Shown here: positions 38,930 to 50,023 of the stretch, piece by piece
How positions within the stretch are numbered: the first letter of the stretch is position 1
Layout: the number at the start of each line of letters is the position of its first letter
Source of the DNA: an uncultured Chloroflexia bacterium
GTDB taxonomy: Bacteria > Chloroflexota > Dormibacteria > Aeolococcales > Aeolococcaceae
DNA: 64,000 nucleotides
Assembly (NCBI GenBank): GCA_963841385.1
Contig: CAWJCO010000004.1
Span: 129,714 to 193,713, forward strand
Direction: 5' to 3'
Made by a program: the position numbers and the translations under genes
Notes under the pieces: model-generated
Databases searched by the model: none
Seen by the model: only the letters and a program-made list of their open reading frames with translations
Told to the model about the DNA's origin: nothing

Positions 38930-40057
38930 TCAGGCGACCGGAACGGCCGGGGAGCTCTCCGCCGGCTCCTCGGAGGCTGCGGTCGCGGGAAGGGCGTGTG
39001 CCCGCACCCGCTCCGCGATCTCGTCGAGGAGCTGGGGGTTCTGCTTGAGGAAGTCGCGGACGTTCTCCCGGCCCTGACCGAGCCGGAGGTCGCCGTACGA
39101 GAACCAGGCCCCGCTCTTGTCGATGATCCGAGCGTCGACCGCCATGTCGAGCACGCTGCCGGCGAAGGAGATCCCCTCGTTGTAGAGGATGTCGAACTCC
39201 GCGTTGCGGAACGGCGGAGCGACCTTGTTCTTGACCACCTTGACCCGCACCCGGCTGCCCACCGCGTCGAGCCCCACCTTGATGGTGTCGATCTTGCGGA
39301 TGTCCAGCCGCACCGACGCGTAGAACTTGAGGGCGCGTCCTCCGCTCGTGATCTCGGGATTGCCGAACATGACCCCGATCTTCTCGCGGAGCTGGTTGAT
39401 GAAGATGACCGACGTGTTCGACCGGCTGATGGCGGCGGTCAGCTTGCGCATCGCCTGGGACATGAGCCGGGCCTGCAGGCCGACGTGGTTGTCCCCCATC
39501 TCGCCGTCGATCTCCGCCTTGGGCACCAGGGCCGCCACCGAGTCGATGACGACCACGTCCACGGCGCCGCTGCGGACCAGCACCTCAACGATCTCCAGCG
39601 CCTGCTCTCCGGTGTCGGGCTGGGAGACCAGCAGCTCCTCGGTGCGAACGCCGATCCGGCTGGCGTACTGGGGGTCGAGGGCGTGCTCGGCGTCGATGAA
39701 GGCGGCCACCCCTCCCCTGCGCTGGGCCTCTGCGATGACGTGGAGGGTCAGAGTGGTCTTGCCCGAGCTCTCCGGTCCGAAGACCTCGACCACGCGACCG
39801 CGCGGGATGCCGCCCACGCCGAGCGCGATGTCGAGGGTGAGCGCGCCGGTGGGGATGATCTCCACCCGCTGAGTCTGGACGTCGCCCAGACGCATGATCG
39901 CGCCCTTGCCGTGGCTCCGCTCGATCTGGCTCAGGGCCGTCGAGAGGGCCCGCTCCCGCTCTGTCGTCACCGCGTCCGCCTCCGTGGTGGCGGCCGCTCG
40001 CCGCCCGGTCACCTCCATTGTACGATCCATGGTACTACTCTGTTGTGTGCTTGTCAC
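38930..40057 (-). CDS. recA: Recombinase RecA
   Basis: '[13 protein letters not shown]' Walker A, '[10 protein letters not shown]' Walker B, L1/L2 loops, '[12 protein letters not shown]'. Confidence 0.95.
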   Translation of the reverse strand: MTSTQQSSTMDRTMEVTGRRAAATTEADAVTTERERALSTALSQIERSHGKGAIMRLGDVQTQRVEIIPTGALTLDIALGVGGIPRGRVVEVFGPESSGKTTLTLHVIAEAQRRGGVAAFIDAEHALDPQYASRIGVRTEELLVSQPDTGEQALEIVEVLVRSGAVDVVVIDSVAALVPKAEIDGEMGDNHVGLQARLMSQAMRKLTAAISRSNTSVIFINQLREKIGVMFGNPEITSGGRALKFYASVRLDIRKIDTIKVGLDAVGSRVRVKVVKNKVAPPFRNAEFDILYNEGISFAGSVLDMAVDARIIDKSGAWFSYGDLRLGQGRENVRDFLKQNPQLLDEIAERVRAHALPATAASEEPAESSPAVPVA

Positions 40058-40095
40058 GGCTTGATCTCCTGCGGCGGCGTCGACGGCGACTGTTT

Positions 40096-40109
40096 CGAAC
40101 AGATGTACG
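40096..40109. promoter_or_regulatory. Cheo-box-like SOS box upstream of recA
   Basis: 'CGAACAGATGTACG', which is 12 of 14 positions of CGAACATATGTTCG, located ~40 nt upstream of the recA ORF. Confidence 0.45.
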
Positions 40110-40262
40110 TCTCGCGTACTGTAGCCGGTCGGCGGTCCGAGCGCAATGGGCTACCCGGATTTCGCCATCGCGCTGGTCGACGAGCTGGAGCAGGGAAGGG
40201 CCATCCGGCGCCGGATCACCCTCGGGCACTGAGCCGGCTGAAGCGGTGCTCCGCCGGTCCAG

Positions 40263-40931
40263 CTACGCCGCCCCGCCCGGGTGGAAAGGGGTGAGCCGGG
40301 CGAGGTCCGCCTCGGTGAGGTGGGCGAAGAGGGCGAGGTCGTCGCTTCTGCCCAGGAAGCGGATCTGGAGGAGCACGTCCTCCTTGAAGAAGCCCTCCGG
40401 GTGGATCACGACCCCCGCCAGCTCCCCCTCGTCGAGCACCAGGTCCCGGACCGTCCCGAGCTTCTTGCCGGTCATCCCCAGCATCACGTTCTCGCCGCGG
40501 TGGATCTCGAGCTCGTCGAGCCGCTTGTGTGCCTCTTCCACCAGATGGGGCACGTACCCGGTCTCGCCCAGGTCGGCCGTCAGCAGGCGGGCGGTGTCCC
40601 CGCGCTCGACGGGGGCGTAGTGATAGGTCAGGTAGGGCTCGGTGCGACGAGCCTCGGCCGAGGTGATGGCGAGCGTGATCTGCTCGCGCGAGACGTCGCG
40701 CACGGCGCTCACCGGGATGGAGATGTCGTCCTCCATCAGGGCGGTCGCCGCCACGCGGTGGCCGGAGAAGCCGCGGGTCTCCTTGACCACGATGGCGCGG
40801 ACATCGAAGCTCGCGCCGTCGACGATCATGGAGCTCAGGGAGCCGATGTGGCGGCCGTCCGCGGAGACGACCCTCGCTCCGAAGTGGAAGTCCTCGACGG
40901 AGCGGCGTGGGCGGGGATCGGGGGTGGTCAC
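40263..40931 (-). CDS. PRC-barrel domain protein (two PRC-like modules)
   Basis: 'VVSADGRHIGSLSSMIV' and 'MTGKKLGTVRDLVLDE' PRC-barrel signatures. Confidence 0.55.
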   Translation of the reverse strand: MTTPDPRPRRSVEDFHFGARVVSADGRHIGSLSSMIVDGASFDVRAIVVKETRGFSGHRVAATALMEDDISIPVSAVRDVSREQITLAITSAEARRTEPYLTYHYAPVERGDTARLLTADLGETGYVPHLVEEAHKRLDELEIHRGENVMLGMTGKKLGTVRDLVLDEGELAGVVIHPEGFFKEDVLLQIRFLGRSDDLALFAHLTEADLARLTPFHPGGAA

Positions 40932-40936
40932 GCGGG

Positions 40937-41503
40937 TCAGTCTAGCCGAGGCTCCCGGGGGACCTCCGGCTGGCGTGTCCGAGCGTTGCGACCCGGCATG
41001 GCATGGCCGTCCACCAGCCTCATCCCGAGGGCGAGGGCGGCACGCACCCCGGCGGCGCGGTTGCCCTCACGGTCGCCGCTCTCACGCAGCTCGCGGGACT
41101 CGACGCGTCCCTCCAGGAACCCGGCCACGTGGATGAGCCCGACCGGCTTGGAGCTTCCCTCGGCACCCGGCCCCGCCACCCCGGTGATGGCGATGCCGAG
41201 GTCGGCGCCCAGGCGCCGTGCCACGCCCCGGGCCATCGCCTTGGCCACCTCGGGGCTGACGGCGCCGAGCCGGGCCAGGACCTCGGGATCCACGTCCAGG
41301 AGGTCGACCTTCACCGCGTCCGCGTAGGCGATGACCCCGCCGCGGACGTAGCGCGAGGCCCCGGGCACCGCGGTGAGCGCCGCCCCCAGCAGGCCCCCGG
41401 TGCAGGACTCCGCGACCGCGACGGTCAGTCCGAGCTCGGCCAGACGTTGCCCCAGGGCCGCGCTCTCGGGGAAGGCGGCGACCAGCGAGGGCTCCCCCGT
41501 CAT
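40937..41503 (-). CDS. CinA C-terminal domain protein (nicotinamide-nucleotide amidohydrolase PncC-like)
   Basis: 'LTVAVAESCTGGLLGAALTAVPGASRYVRGGVIAYADAVK…PVGLIHVA'. Confidence 0.8.
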   Translation of the reverse strand: MTGEPSLVAAFPESAALGQRLAELGLTVAVAESCTGGLLGAALTAVPGASRYVRGGVIAYADAVKVDLLDVDPEVLARLGAVSPEVAKAMARGVARRLGADLGIAITGVAGPGAEGSSKPVGLIHVAGFLEGRVESRELRESGDREGNRAAGVRAALALGMRLVDGHAMPGRNARTRQPEVPREPRLD

Positions 41504-41596
41504 CTCACCCGCGCTTGGTGAATCACCGGTACGGAGGTACCGATGGCTCCTCCGCTCGGAGCGATCGGCCTGCGGTCGTCGCTCCTCACTCCGTCG

Positions 41597-42088
41597 TCAC
41601 CGGTAATTGGTGAACTGCAGTGGCACCTCGAGGTCCATCTCGCGCAGCGCCCGGATCACGCCCTGGAGCGCGTCCTTCTCCCGGGAGACGATCCGCAGCT
41701 GGTCGCCCTGGATGCGCGACTGCACCTTGGGGTGCTCGGTGCGGACCTTCTTGGTCAGGGTGCGGGCCAGCTCCTCGGAGATCCCCCGGCGGAGCTTCAC
41801 GACCTGGCGGACGTTGCCCTTGGCGGCCGGCTCCGCCTTCTGGGGGTCGAGGACCTTGAGGTCGATGCCGCGCCGGTGCAGCTTGCTCTGGAGGACGTCG
41901 AGGATGGCCCGGAGCTGCATGTCGCTCTCGGTGAGCAGCACCAGCTGCTCCTTCTCCAGGGTGATCTCGACGGTCACGCCCTTGAAGTCGTAGCGGGTCT
42001 GGATCTCCCTGCGGGTCTGGTCGACGGCGTTGACCATCTCCTGATGGTCGAAGTCGCTGACGACGTCGAACGAGAACTCCTGCGCCAT
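41597..42088 (-). CDS. YajQ family (UPF0234) nucleotide-binding protein
   Basis: 'MAQEFSFDVVSDFDHQEMVNAVDQTRREIQTRYDFKG', which matches YajQ full-length. Confidence 0.8.
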   Translation of the reverse strand: MAQEFSFDVVSDFDHQEMVNAVDQTRREIQTRYDFKGVTVEITLEKEQLVLLTESDMQLRAILDVLQSKLHRRGIDLKVLDPQKAEPAAKGNVRQVVKLRRGISEELARTLTKKVRTEHPKVQSRIQGDQLRIVSREKDALQGVIRALREMDLEVPLQFTNYR

Positions 42089-42191
42089 GCCGGGAGAGAA
42101 GGATAGCAGCGCCTCGATCGTCACCCAGACCCGGGCGCTCCACGGCTGAGGGGGACAGCGGGTGGGGCCGGCCACCGCCGGCGCGCCGGCC

Positions 42192-44489
42192 CTACTCCTC
42201 CCCGAGCTCGGCCAGCAGCTCGTCCACCTGGAGGACGTCCATCAGGACCTCCCGGGACTTGCTGCCCTCGAAGGGGCCGACCACCCGCTGCTCGGCCAGC
42301 TGGTCGACCAGCCGGGCGGCCCGCGTGTAGCCGATGTTGAGCTTGCGCTGCAGCAGCGAGGCCGCCGCCCGCCCCTCGGCGGCGACGGTGTGGGCGGCCT
42401 TGGCGAAGAGCGGGTCACGCTTGCCGGCCTCGCGGGCCCAGGAGACCGTGGCCTCCACCTGGAAGACCTCCTCCTGGTACTCCGGCTTCCCCTGCTGCTT
42501 CCAGAAGTCGATGAGAGCCTCCAGCTCGCGGTCCGAGCAGAAGGCGCCCTGCAGCCGCCGTGGCTTGCCCTCGTCGATGGGCAGGTAGAGCATGTCGCCC
42601 CGGCCGAGCAGCTTCTCGGCGCCCATCTCGTCGATGATGACCCGGGAGTCCACCCCACTCGAGACGGCGAAGGCGGCCCGGCTCGGGATGTTGGCCTTGA
42701 TCAGCCCGGTGATGATGTCCGCCGATGGCCGCTGGGTGGCGACGATGAGGTGGATGCCGACGGCGCGGGCGAGCTGGGCCACCCGGCAGACCAGGTCCTC
42801 GATCTCGCCGGCCGCGACCATCATCAGGTCGGCCAGCTCGTCGATGACGATGACGACGTAGGGGAGCGGCGAGAGGCCGAGCCCGGGGGCGCGCTCGTTG
42901 AAGGCGGCGATGTTGCGGGCCCCGTGGCTGGCGAAGAGCTTGTAGCGCTCCTCCATCTCCTTGCACGCCCAGCGCAGCGAGGCGACCGCCGCCTCGGGCT
43001 CCACCACCACCGGCACCAGCAGGTGGGGGACGTCCGCGAAGGTGGAGAGCTCGACCCGCTTCGGATCAATCAGGATCAGCTTGAGCTGCGCCGGCGTGGC
43101 CTGGAGCAGGAACCCGCCCAGGATCGAGTTGATGCAGACCGACTTGCCGCTCCCGGTGGCGCCGGCCACCAGCAGGTGGGGCATCCGGCAGAGGTCGCCG
43201 ACCACGGGGTGCCCGGAGACGTCGGCCCCGAGGGCAACCGCCAGCCGCTTGCGGGGGTCGGAGAAGGCGGGTGCGGTGACGATCTCCTTGAGGGAGACGA
43301 GCTGGGCCGCCTTGTTGGGGACCTCGATGCCGACCGCCGACTTGCCCGGGATGAAGGGCTGGATCCGGATCGGCGCGGCCAGGGCCAGGGAGAGGTCCGT
43401 CTGAGCCCCCACGATCTTGCGGACCGGGACCCCGGCCGCCGGCTGCAGCTCGTACTGGGTGACCGTCGGTCCGCTGTTGGCGCCGACCACCCGTGCCTGG
43501 ATCGAGAACGAGGCCAGGGTGCTGGTGATCAGCGCGGCGGTCGCCTGCACCTCCTTTTCGAGCCGCTCCCGCTTGCCGCCGACCACGTCGAGCAGCTCCG
43601 GACCGGGGAGCACCCACACCTTCTCGGCCTCCTCCTCTCCGAGCGTCTCCCCGTGGAGCGCCGTCATCTCGGGGATCGGTCCCAGCGGGCGGGCCTCGAC
43701 CGTCCCCTCGAACTCGCGGCTGAAGCTCTCCGGAGCCGGCGGCGCGGCGCCCCCGTCCGGCGGCGCCACCGGGGCCGCCGGTTCGAGCGGCAGCAGCCCC
43801 TCCTCTCCCGGCGGGAGGTGGGCCGGGGCGGGGACGAAGCCGGACTGCACCGGCACGCCGGTCAGACGGACCACGGGCTCCCGATCCTTGGTCGGGGTCC
43901 GTCTGGCGGGGTGAGCCGGGCTCGCGGCGGCACGGTTGGAGAGCCAGTCGCGCGCCGCCCCCAGCGCCGGCGCGACCCGCAGCTCGACCGCCAGCACCAG
44001 GCCGGCGCAGACCAGCAGCAACATGAGGGCACCGGTGGCGGGGCCGCCCAGGCGGTCGGCGAGACCGGCGCTGAGCTGCCGGCCCACCGAGCCGGCGCTG
44101 CCCGAGATCACCAGCCCGCAGAAGCCGAGCATAGCCACCACGACCAGGACACTGCCGGCCGCGGCCAGGACGCCGCCCGTCCAGGCGCGGCGGCCGAGCA
44201 GCCGGGCGCCGGTCAGGACCAGGCCGGCGGCGATCAGCCAGGCGCCGATCCCGAGCGCCCCGAGCAGGGCATGTTGGACCGGGTGGGCGATCGACCCACC
44301 TCCGGGAAGGGCGAGCACCACCGCGAGCAGGACCCCGAGCCCGACCAGGCCGATCCCGCTGAGCTCGCGGCGCTGGTCGGAGCTGATCAGCGGAGGGCGG
44401 GGCTGCCGGGAGGGGCGGCGTGCCGCCGGCCGCCGGGTCGCGGGGCGCGCCGGCCGGGAGCGCGGGCGGGTCTGGGTCCGGGGAGGCAT
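42192..44489 (-). CDS. ftsK: DNA translocase FtsK/SpoIIIE
   Basis: N-terminal TM domain, Pro-rich linker, 'PHLLVAGATGSGKSVCINS' Walker A, 'VVIVIDELADLM', winged-helix gamma domain 'LLQRKLNIGYTRAARLVDQL'. Confidence 0.9.
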   Translation of the reverse strand: MPPRTQTRPRSRPARPATRRPAARRPSRQPRPPLISSDQRRELSGIGLVGLGVLLAVVLALPGGGSIAHPVQHALLGALGIGAWLIAAGLVLTGARLLGRRAWTGGVLAAAGSVLVVVAMLGFCGLVISGSAGSVGRQLSAGLADRLGGPATGALMLLLVCAGLVLAVELRVAPALGAARDWLSNRAAASPAHPARRTPTKDREPVVRLTGVPVQSGFVPAPAHLPPGEEGLLPLEPAAPVAPPDGGAAPPAPESFSREFEGTVEARPLGPIPEMTALHGETLGEEEAEKVWVLPGPELLDVVGGKRERLEKEVQATAALITSTLASFSIQARVVGANSGPTVTQYELQPAAGVPVRKIVGAQTDLSLALAAPIRIQPFIPGKSAVGIEVPNKAAQLVSLKEIVTAPAFSDPRKRLAVALGADVSGHPVVGDLCRMPHLLVAGATGSGKSVCINSILGGFLLQATPAQLKLILIDPKRVELSTFADVPHLLVPVVVEPEAAVASLRWACKEMEERYKLFASHGARNIAAFNERAPGLGLSPLPYVVIVIDELADLMMVAAGEIEDLVCRVAQLARAVGIHLIVATQRPSADIITGLIKANIPSRAAFAVSSGVDSRVIIDEMGAEKLLGRGDMLYLPIDEGKPRRLQGAFCSDRELEALIDFWKQQGKPEYQEEVFQVEATVSWAREAGKRDPLFAKAAHTVAAEGRAAASLLQRKLNIGYTRAARLVDQLAEQRVVGPFEGSKSREVLMDVLQVDELLAELGEE

Positions 44490-44753
44490 GTCGGTTCTCT
44501 GAGCCTCGTGTGAGCGACGTGGGGAGGGCGGCGGGCCGCGTCGATCGTAGCAGGGCCGGACCGGTTGCGAATGGGCGTTCGGACGGTTCGGGCAGACGTC
44601 GGATGGCTGGTCGGACGCCGTCGGAGATCCACGGGCAGGGAACCCGCCGAGCCGCGCCGCCGTGGGCCGGTCTCAGCCCCCCACCACGCCGAGCCCTGAG
44701 TCGATGTCAACCCGGCGGTGGCCGAAGCCACCGCTGGGCCGAGCATCGGGGAT

Positions 44754-45662
44754 TCAGCTCGCGGTGAGCTCCACCGCCGGGATGTACCAGGGCGCCTCAT
44801 CGGAGGTGCTCACACCCCAGCACGGGGTGCCAGGCGAATCCATGCGGAAGACGCTCGTGCCGCCGGCCCCGCCATCGCAGTACTCGCCCGCGATCGGAGA
44901 GTTCTGAAAGATGGTGCCGGGGTTGGGGTCCGCTCCCCGACTGAGGTTGGTCGGGTCCTGGGCCAGGCCGATGTTCAGAGAGTCGTACGGGCAGCCCTCC
45001 GACGTGCTGTGGCACGCGGTGCTGTCGCCGTACGGCGCGTAGCCGTAGTCACTCGTGTTGTAGGCGATCCCGAAGACGAGGTTCTTGGGGAGGCTCAGCT
45101 TGAGCGAGGTGAGATTGAAGGTGATGTTGGTCGCCAGCCCGTCGAAGCAGGCGCCCAGTGGCTTGTCGAACCACGCACCCGCGCTCGAACCGGTGCACTT
45201 GGTGGCGCTGGCCGACGGGCGGTACGGAATGGAGAAGGTCTTGGTGACCGACAGGATGCGGGCCCCCGGAACGATCGTGGGCGGCGTCGTGGCCGTCGGC
45301 GCGTCGTAGATGTTGAGCGTGATCGGTTCCGTGAACTTGGCGCCGGCCGCGGTGGCGCAATCGTCGTCGAACCAGGTTCCGGCCTGGCATGCCCACGAGC
45401 TGAGGGTGACCACGACGGAGCCGGCCTTGGCGGCACGGGTCAGCGTGACCTGATTGCCGAACTCGGCGAAGGCGTAGGCTTCGCCGCCCACGCTGGGCAG
45501 GTTGCCCACCCTGCTGAGCGTGACCGTGCTGTTGTACAGGACGTTCGACGCCGCGGGCGCGGCGCTGTCTGAGGCTGCCGCTGCGGCTCCCACCGCCGCC
45601 ACCGGCACGGCAGCCGCAACCACTGCAATCAGGACTGCGAGTCGTCTTCTAAATGTGCTCAT
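44754..45662 (-). CDS. Hypothetical secreted protein (many N-x-S/T sequons, Cys-rich)
   Basis: Signal peptide 'MSTFRRRLAVLIAVVAAAVPVAAVGAAAAA'. 8 Cys. No recognisable catalytic motif. Confidence 0.5.
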   Translation of the reverse strand: MSTFRRRLAVLIAVVAAAVPVAAVGAAAAASDSAAPAASNVLYNSTVTLSRVGNLPSVGGEAYAFAEFGNQVTLTRAAKAGSVVVTLSSWACQAGTWFDDDCATAAGAKFTEPITLNIYDAPTATTPPTIVPGARILSVTKTFSIPYRPSASATKCTGSSAGAWFDKPLGACFDGLATNITFNLTSLKLSLPKNLVFGIAYNTSDYGYAPYGDSTACHSTSEGCPYDSLNIGLAQDPTNLSRGADPNPGTIFQNSPIAGEYCDGGAGGTSVFRMDSPGTPCWGVSTSDEAPWYIPAVELTAS

Positions 45663-45795
45663 GGACCCCATCCTTCTCAGTACCTTCGGACTAGCTGAGG
45701 ATAGACTGACCGGCACAGCAAGACAAGCGCCATAACAGACGCTGGGTGGCGCGCTGGAATCCATCTGCCCTCGGGGACGGCGGGCCGGCCGCTGC

Positions 45796-47448
<1,653 letters not shown>

Positions 47449-47564
47449 CTCTGCCGCAGTGGGCGGCGGCGTCGCGGGGTCGGAGGCCTGCAGCGGGCCG
47501 GCCGGGGCGGCGACGGCAGGGGCCGGGTCGGGGCCGCCGGATGCCGGGACCCGAGAGGCCGGGC

Positions 47565-48227
47565 TCAAAACAGGCTGAGCTGGTCGCGGGCCGGGGGCTC
47601 CGCCGGGTGGCTCGGCTCTGAGGGCGCGGCCGCGGCGGCCGGAGCCTGCCGGCGGCGGGCCTCCGCCTCGTCCAGGTAGCCGCGCACCTTGAGCATGTCC
47701 TCCTCCAGGGTGCGCATCAGCGAGGCCTGGTAGAGGGCGGCGGCCGGGTGGTAGAGCGGGACGTAGAGGCGGTCGCCCCGGACCACCTTGCGGCCATGGA
47801 GACCGGTGATGCCCCCGGAGCCGGGGAGCAGCCGGGCCAGGGCATGGCGGCCGAGGATCAGGATGACGTCGGGCCGGATGATCTCGATCTGGGCGTCGAG
47901 GAAGGAGGAGCAGGCCTCCATCTCGGCGGGCTCCGGGTCCCGGTTGCCGGGGGGGCGGCACTTGACAACGTTGGTGATGTAGATGTCCTCGCGCCGCAGC
48001 CCGATGCTCTCCAGCAGCCTGGTCAGGACGTTGCCCGCGGCCCCGACGAAGGGCTTGCCGACCCGGTCCTCGTTCTCGCCCGGCCCCTCCCCCACCGCCA
48101 TGATCCTGGCGGTCGCCGGACCGGTCCCGGGGACGGCCTGGGTGCGCCGGGTGTGGAGCGGGCAGGCGGTGCAGACCAGGATGTGCTCGTGAACGACGGC
48201 CAGGGCATCCGCGGCGCCACTCTGCAT
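47565..48227 (-). CDS. Uracil-DNA glycosylase, family 4 (Fe-S type)
   Basis: 'CTACPLH…RTQAVPGTGP…IMAVGEGPGENEDRVGKPFVGAAG' and 'NVVKCRPPGNRDP'. Confidence 0.8.
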   Translation of the reverse strand: MQSGAADALAVVHEHILVCTACPLHTRRTQAVPGTGPATARIMAVGEGPGENEDRVGKPFVGAAGNVLTRLLESIGLRREDIYITNVVKCRPPGNRDPEPAEMEACSSFLDAQIEIIRPDVILILGRHALARLLPGSGGITGLHGRKVVRGDRLYVPLYHPAAALYQASLMRTLEEDMLKVRGYLDEAEARRRQAPAAAAAPSEPSHPAEPPARDQLSLF

Positions 48228-48364
48228 CGTTCGCGATTGTACGTGCGGGGCATCCCCAGGCCTTCCCGGGAGGTCGGGCAGGGCTGGCCCAGCATGGGGA
48301 GATGTCGCCGGACGGTGGGCGGCGACGGCAGCGCCGGGGGCAGACGGGGCATCGTGGTCTGTGG

Positions 48365-49000
48365 ATGATGGAGGCCGGAGCACCCGAGGTGGCCGGGCAC
48401 TGGGACGAGATCTACGGCCGGCGACCTCCAACCGAGATGAGCTGGTATCAGGACCAGCCCACCGTGTCGCCGGCAATGCTCGACGCGCTCGGCTGCGGCC
48501 CGGAGCAGCCGATCGTCGACGTCGGGGGTGGCGCCTCCGTGCTCGTGGATCGCCTCCCGGACCGCCGCTTCGGCGACGTCAGCGTTCTCGACGTGTCGGC
48601 TGCCGCACTCGCACATCGAGGACGCGTTTGGCGGAACGAGCCGAACGCGTCCACTGGCTCCGTGAGGATGTGCTCACCTGGCGGCCGGAGCGACGCTACG
48701 GCACGTGGCACGACCGCGCGGTGTTCCACTTTCTCGTGGAGGAGGACCAGCGCCGGGCTTACCTGGCGACCCTGCGGGCGGCGCTGACCCCCGAGGGGCG
48801 GGCGGTGCTCGGCACCTTCGCCGGAGACGGACCCCGGCGGTGCTCCGGCCTGCCCGTTCAGGGCTACGACCCGGGTGACCTGGCCGTCGTCGGCCCCGAG
48901 CTCGAGGTGGTCGAGCGCCGGCGAGACGAGCACCACGCCCCGGGCGGGACCGTGCAGCCGTTCACCTGGGTGGGCATGGTGTGGCGTCCATGGTGGCGTG
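48365..49000 (+). pseudogene. Class I SAM-dependent methyltransferase interrupted by a frameshift near 48610–48620
   Basis: N-terminal part 'GHWDEIYG…IVDVGGGASVLV…DVSAAALAH' in the frame of ORF 48302. It continues as 'RTRLAERAERVHWLREDVLTW…RAVFHFLVE…' in the frame of ORF 48361. The 3' end is approximate. Confidence 0.5.
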
Positions 49001-49111
49001 GACGACCCCGGGCCAGGGCCCCCCTCGTCTGCCAATCGGGCGACCTGTCCAGCACCGAGCGTCCGTATTCGGGATGGCCCGCGGGAGGTCGACAGGGGGA
49101 CCATTGGAGGG

Positions 49112-49954
49112 GTGCACCGGTGCCGAAGCGACCCGAGGTCGCGGCGCGAGCCCCTACGCGGCCGGAGCGGGGTACGGTCAGCGAGCCGGCGGCTCCGCAG
49201 CCGGATCCACCTCCTGCTCCCGGTTCTCCTCCTGCTCCTGATGTCCTGCGGCCAGGGCTCATCCCTCCGCACGTCCGCGGATGCGCCATCGGCAACGTCG
49301 AATGCAGCAGCTCGCCAGGTCAGGACGACGGAAACCCCGAGCCCGGCGCCGACGGCAGGCACGGCCGTCAAGCTGTCGGTTCGGATCGAGCTCGAGCCGA
49401 ACGACTACGCACATCGGAACTACTGCGCCGAAGGTGCGATCGCCGTTCTCCTTTCGGCGTGGACCGCCGCTCCTCCCTCGATCGATGCCATCGGTGTCGC
49501 GGCGCACGTCGTGGAGTCGTACGGGACCATTGGAGCCAACGCGGTGCAGGCGATCAACGCATACCTGGGGCAGATCACGGGGACGGCGGCGTACGCGTAC
49601 ACGGGAACCCACGTCACATCACTGCCGGAGTTCGAATCCCAGCTTGAGACGGATCTCTCGGGGTTGGGGCGCTTCACCGCAGCGGCTCACGGGAGCCCGG
49701 TCCTCGTGCATGTGATGACCGCCACCCTTCCAGGCTGGGATGGGTATCAGGCGCGGCACATGATCGCGGTCTTCGGGTACAACTTTGGAGCCGGCACAGC
49801 CTCTGGCGACAGCGTCACCTACGCGGAGAGTGCAGGCTCCGTCGCCGGATACAAAGGCCCTCCGTCGGAGACGATCTCACTGGCCGCGCTCTGGACCGCG
49901 ATGCAGAGCTACAACACGGACGTCACCACCGATCCCGTCACCGTGGTCTCCTGA
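49112..49954 (+). CDS. Putative lipoprotein, possible papain-like (Cys/His) peptidase fold
   Basis: 'HLLLPVLLLLLMSCGQG' lipobox, 'NYCAEGAI' (Cys) and 'ARHMIAVFGYN' (His). The start codon is uncertain (GTG after GGAGGG). Confidence 0.45.
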   Translation: MHRCRSDPRSRREPLRGRSGVRSASRRLRSRIHLLLPVLLLLLMSCGQGSSLRTSADAPSATSNAAARQVRTTETPSPAPTAGTAVKLSVRIELEPNDYAHRNYCAEGAIAVLLSAWTAAPPSIDAIGVAAHVVESYGTIGANAVQAINAYLGQITGTAAYAYTGTHVTSLPEFESQLETDLSGLGRFTAAAHGSPVLVHVMTATLPGWDGYQARHMIAVFGYNFGAGTASGDSVTYAESAGSVAGYKGPPSETISLAALWTAMQSYNTDVTTDPVTVVS

Positions 49955-50023
49955 AGGCTCCTCGGGGTACCCCGGCTCCGCGCTGCCGACGAGGGTCCCG
50001 CGGGCGCCGGCCCGCCGAGCGTC

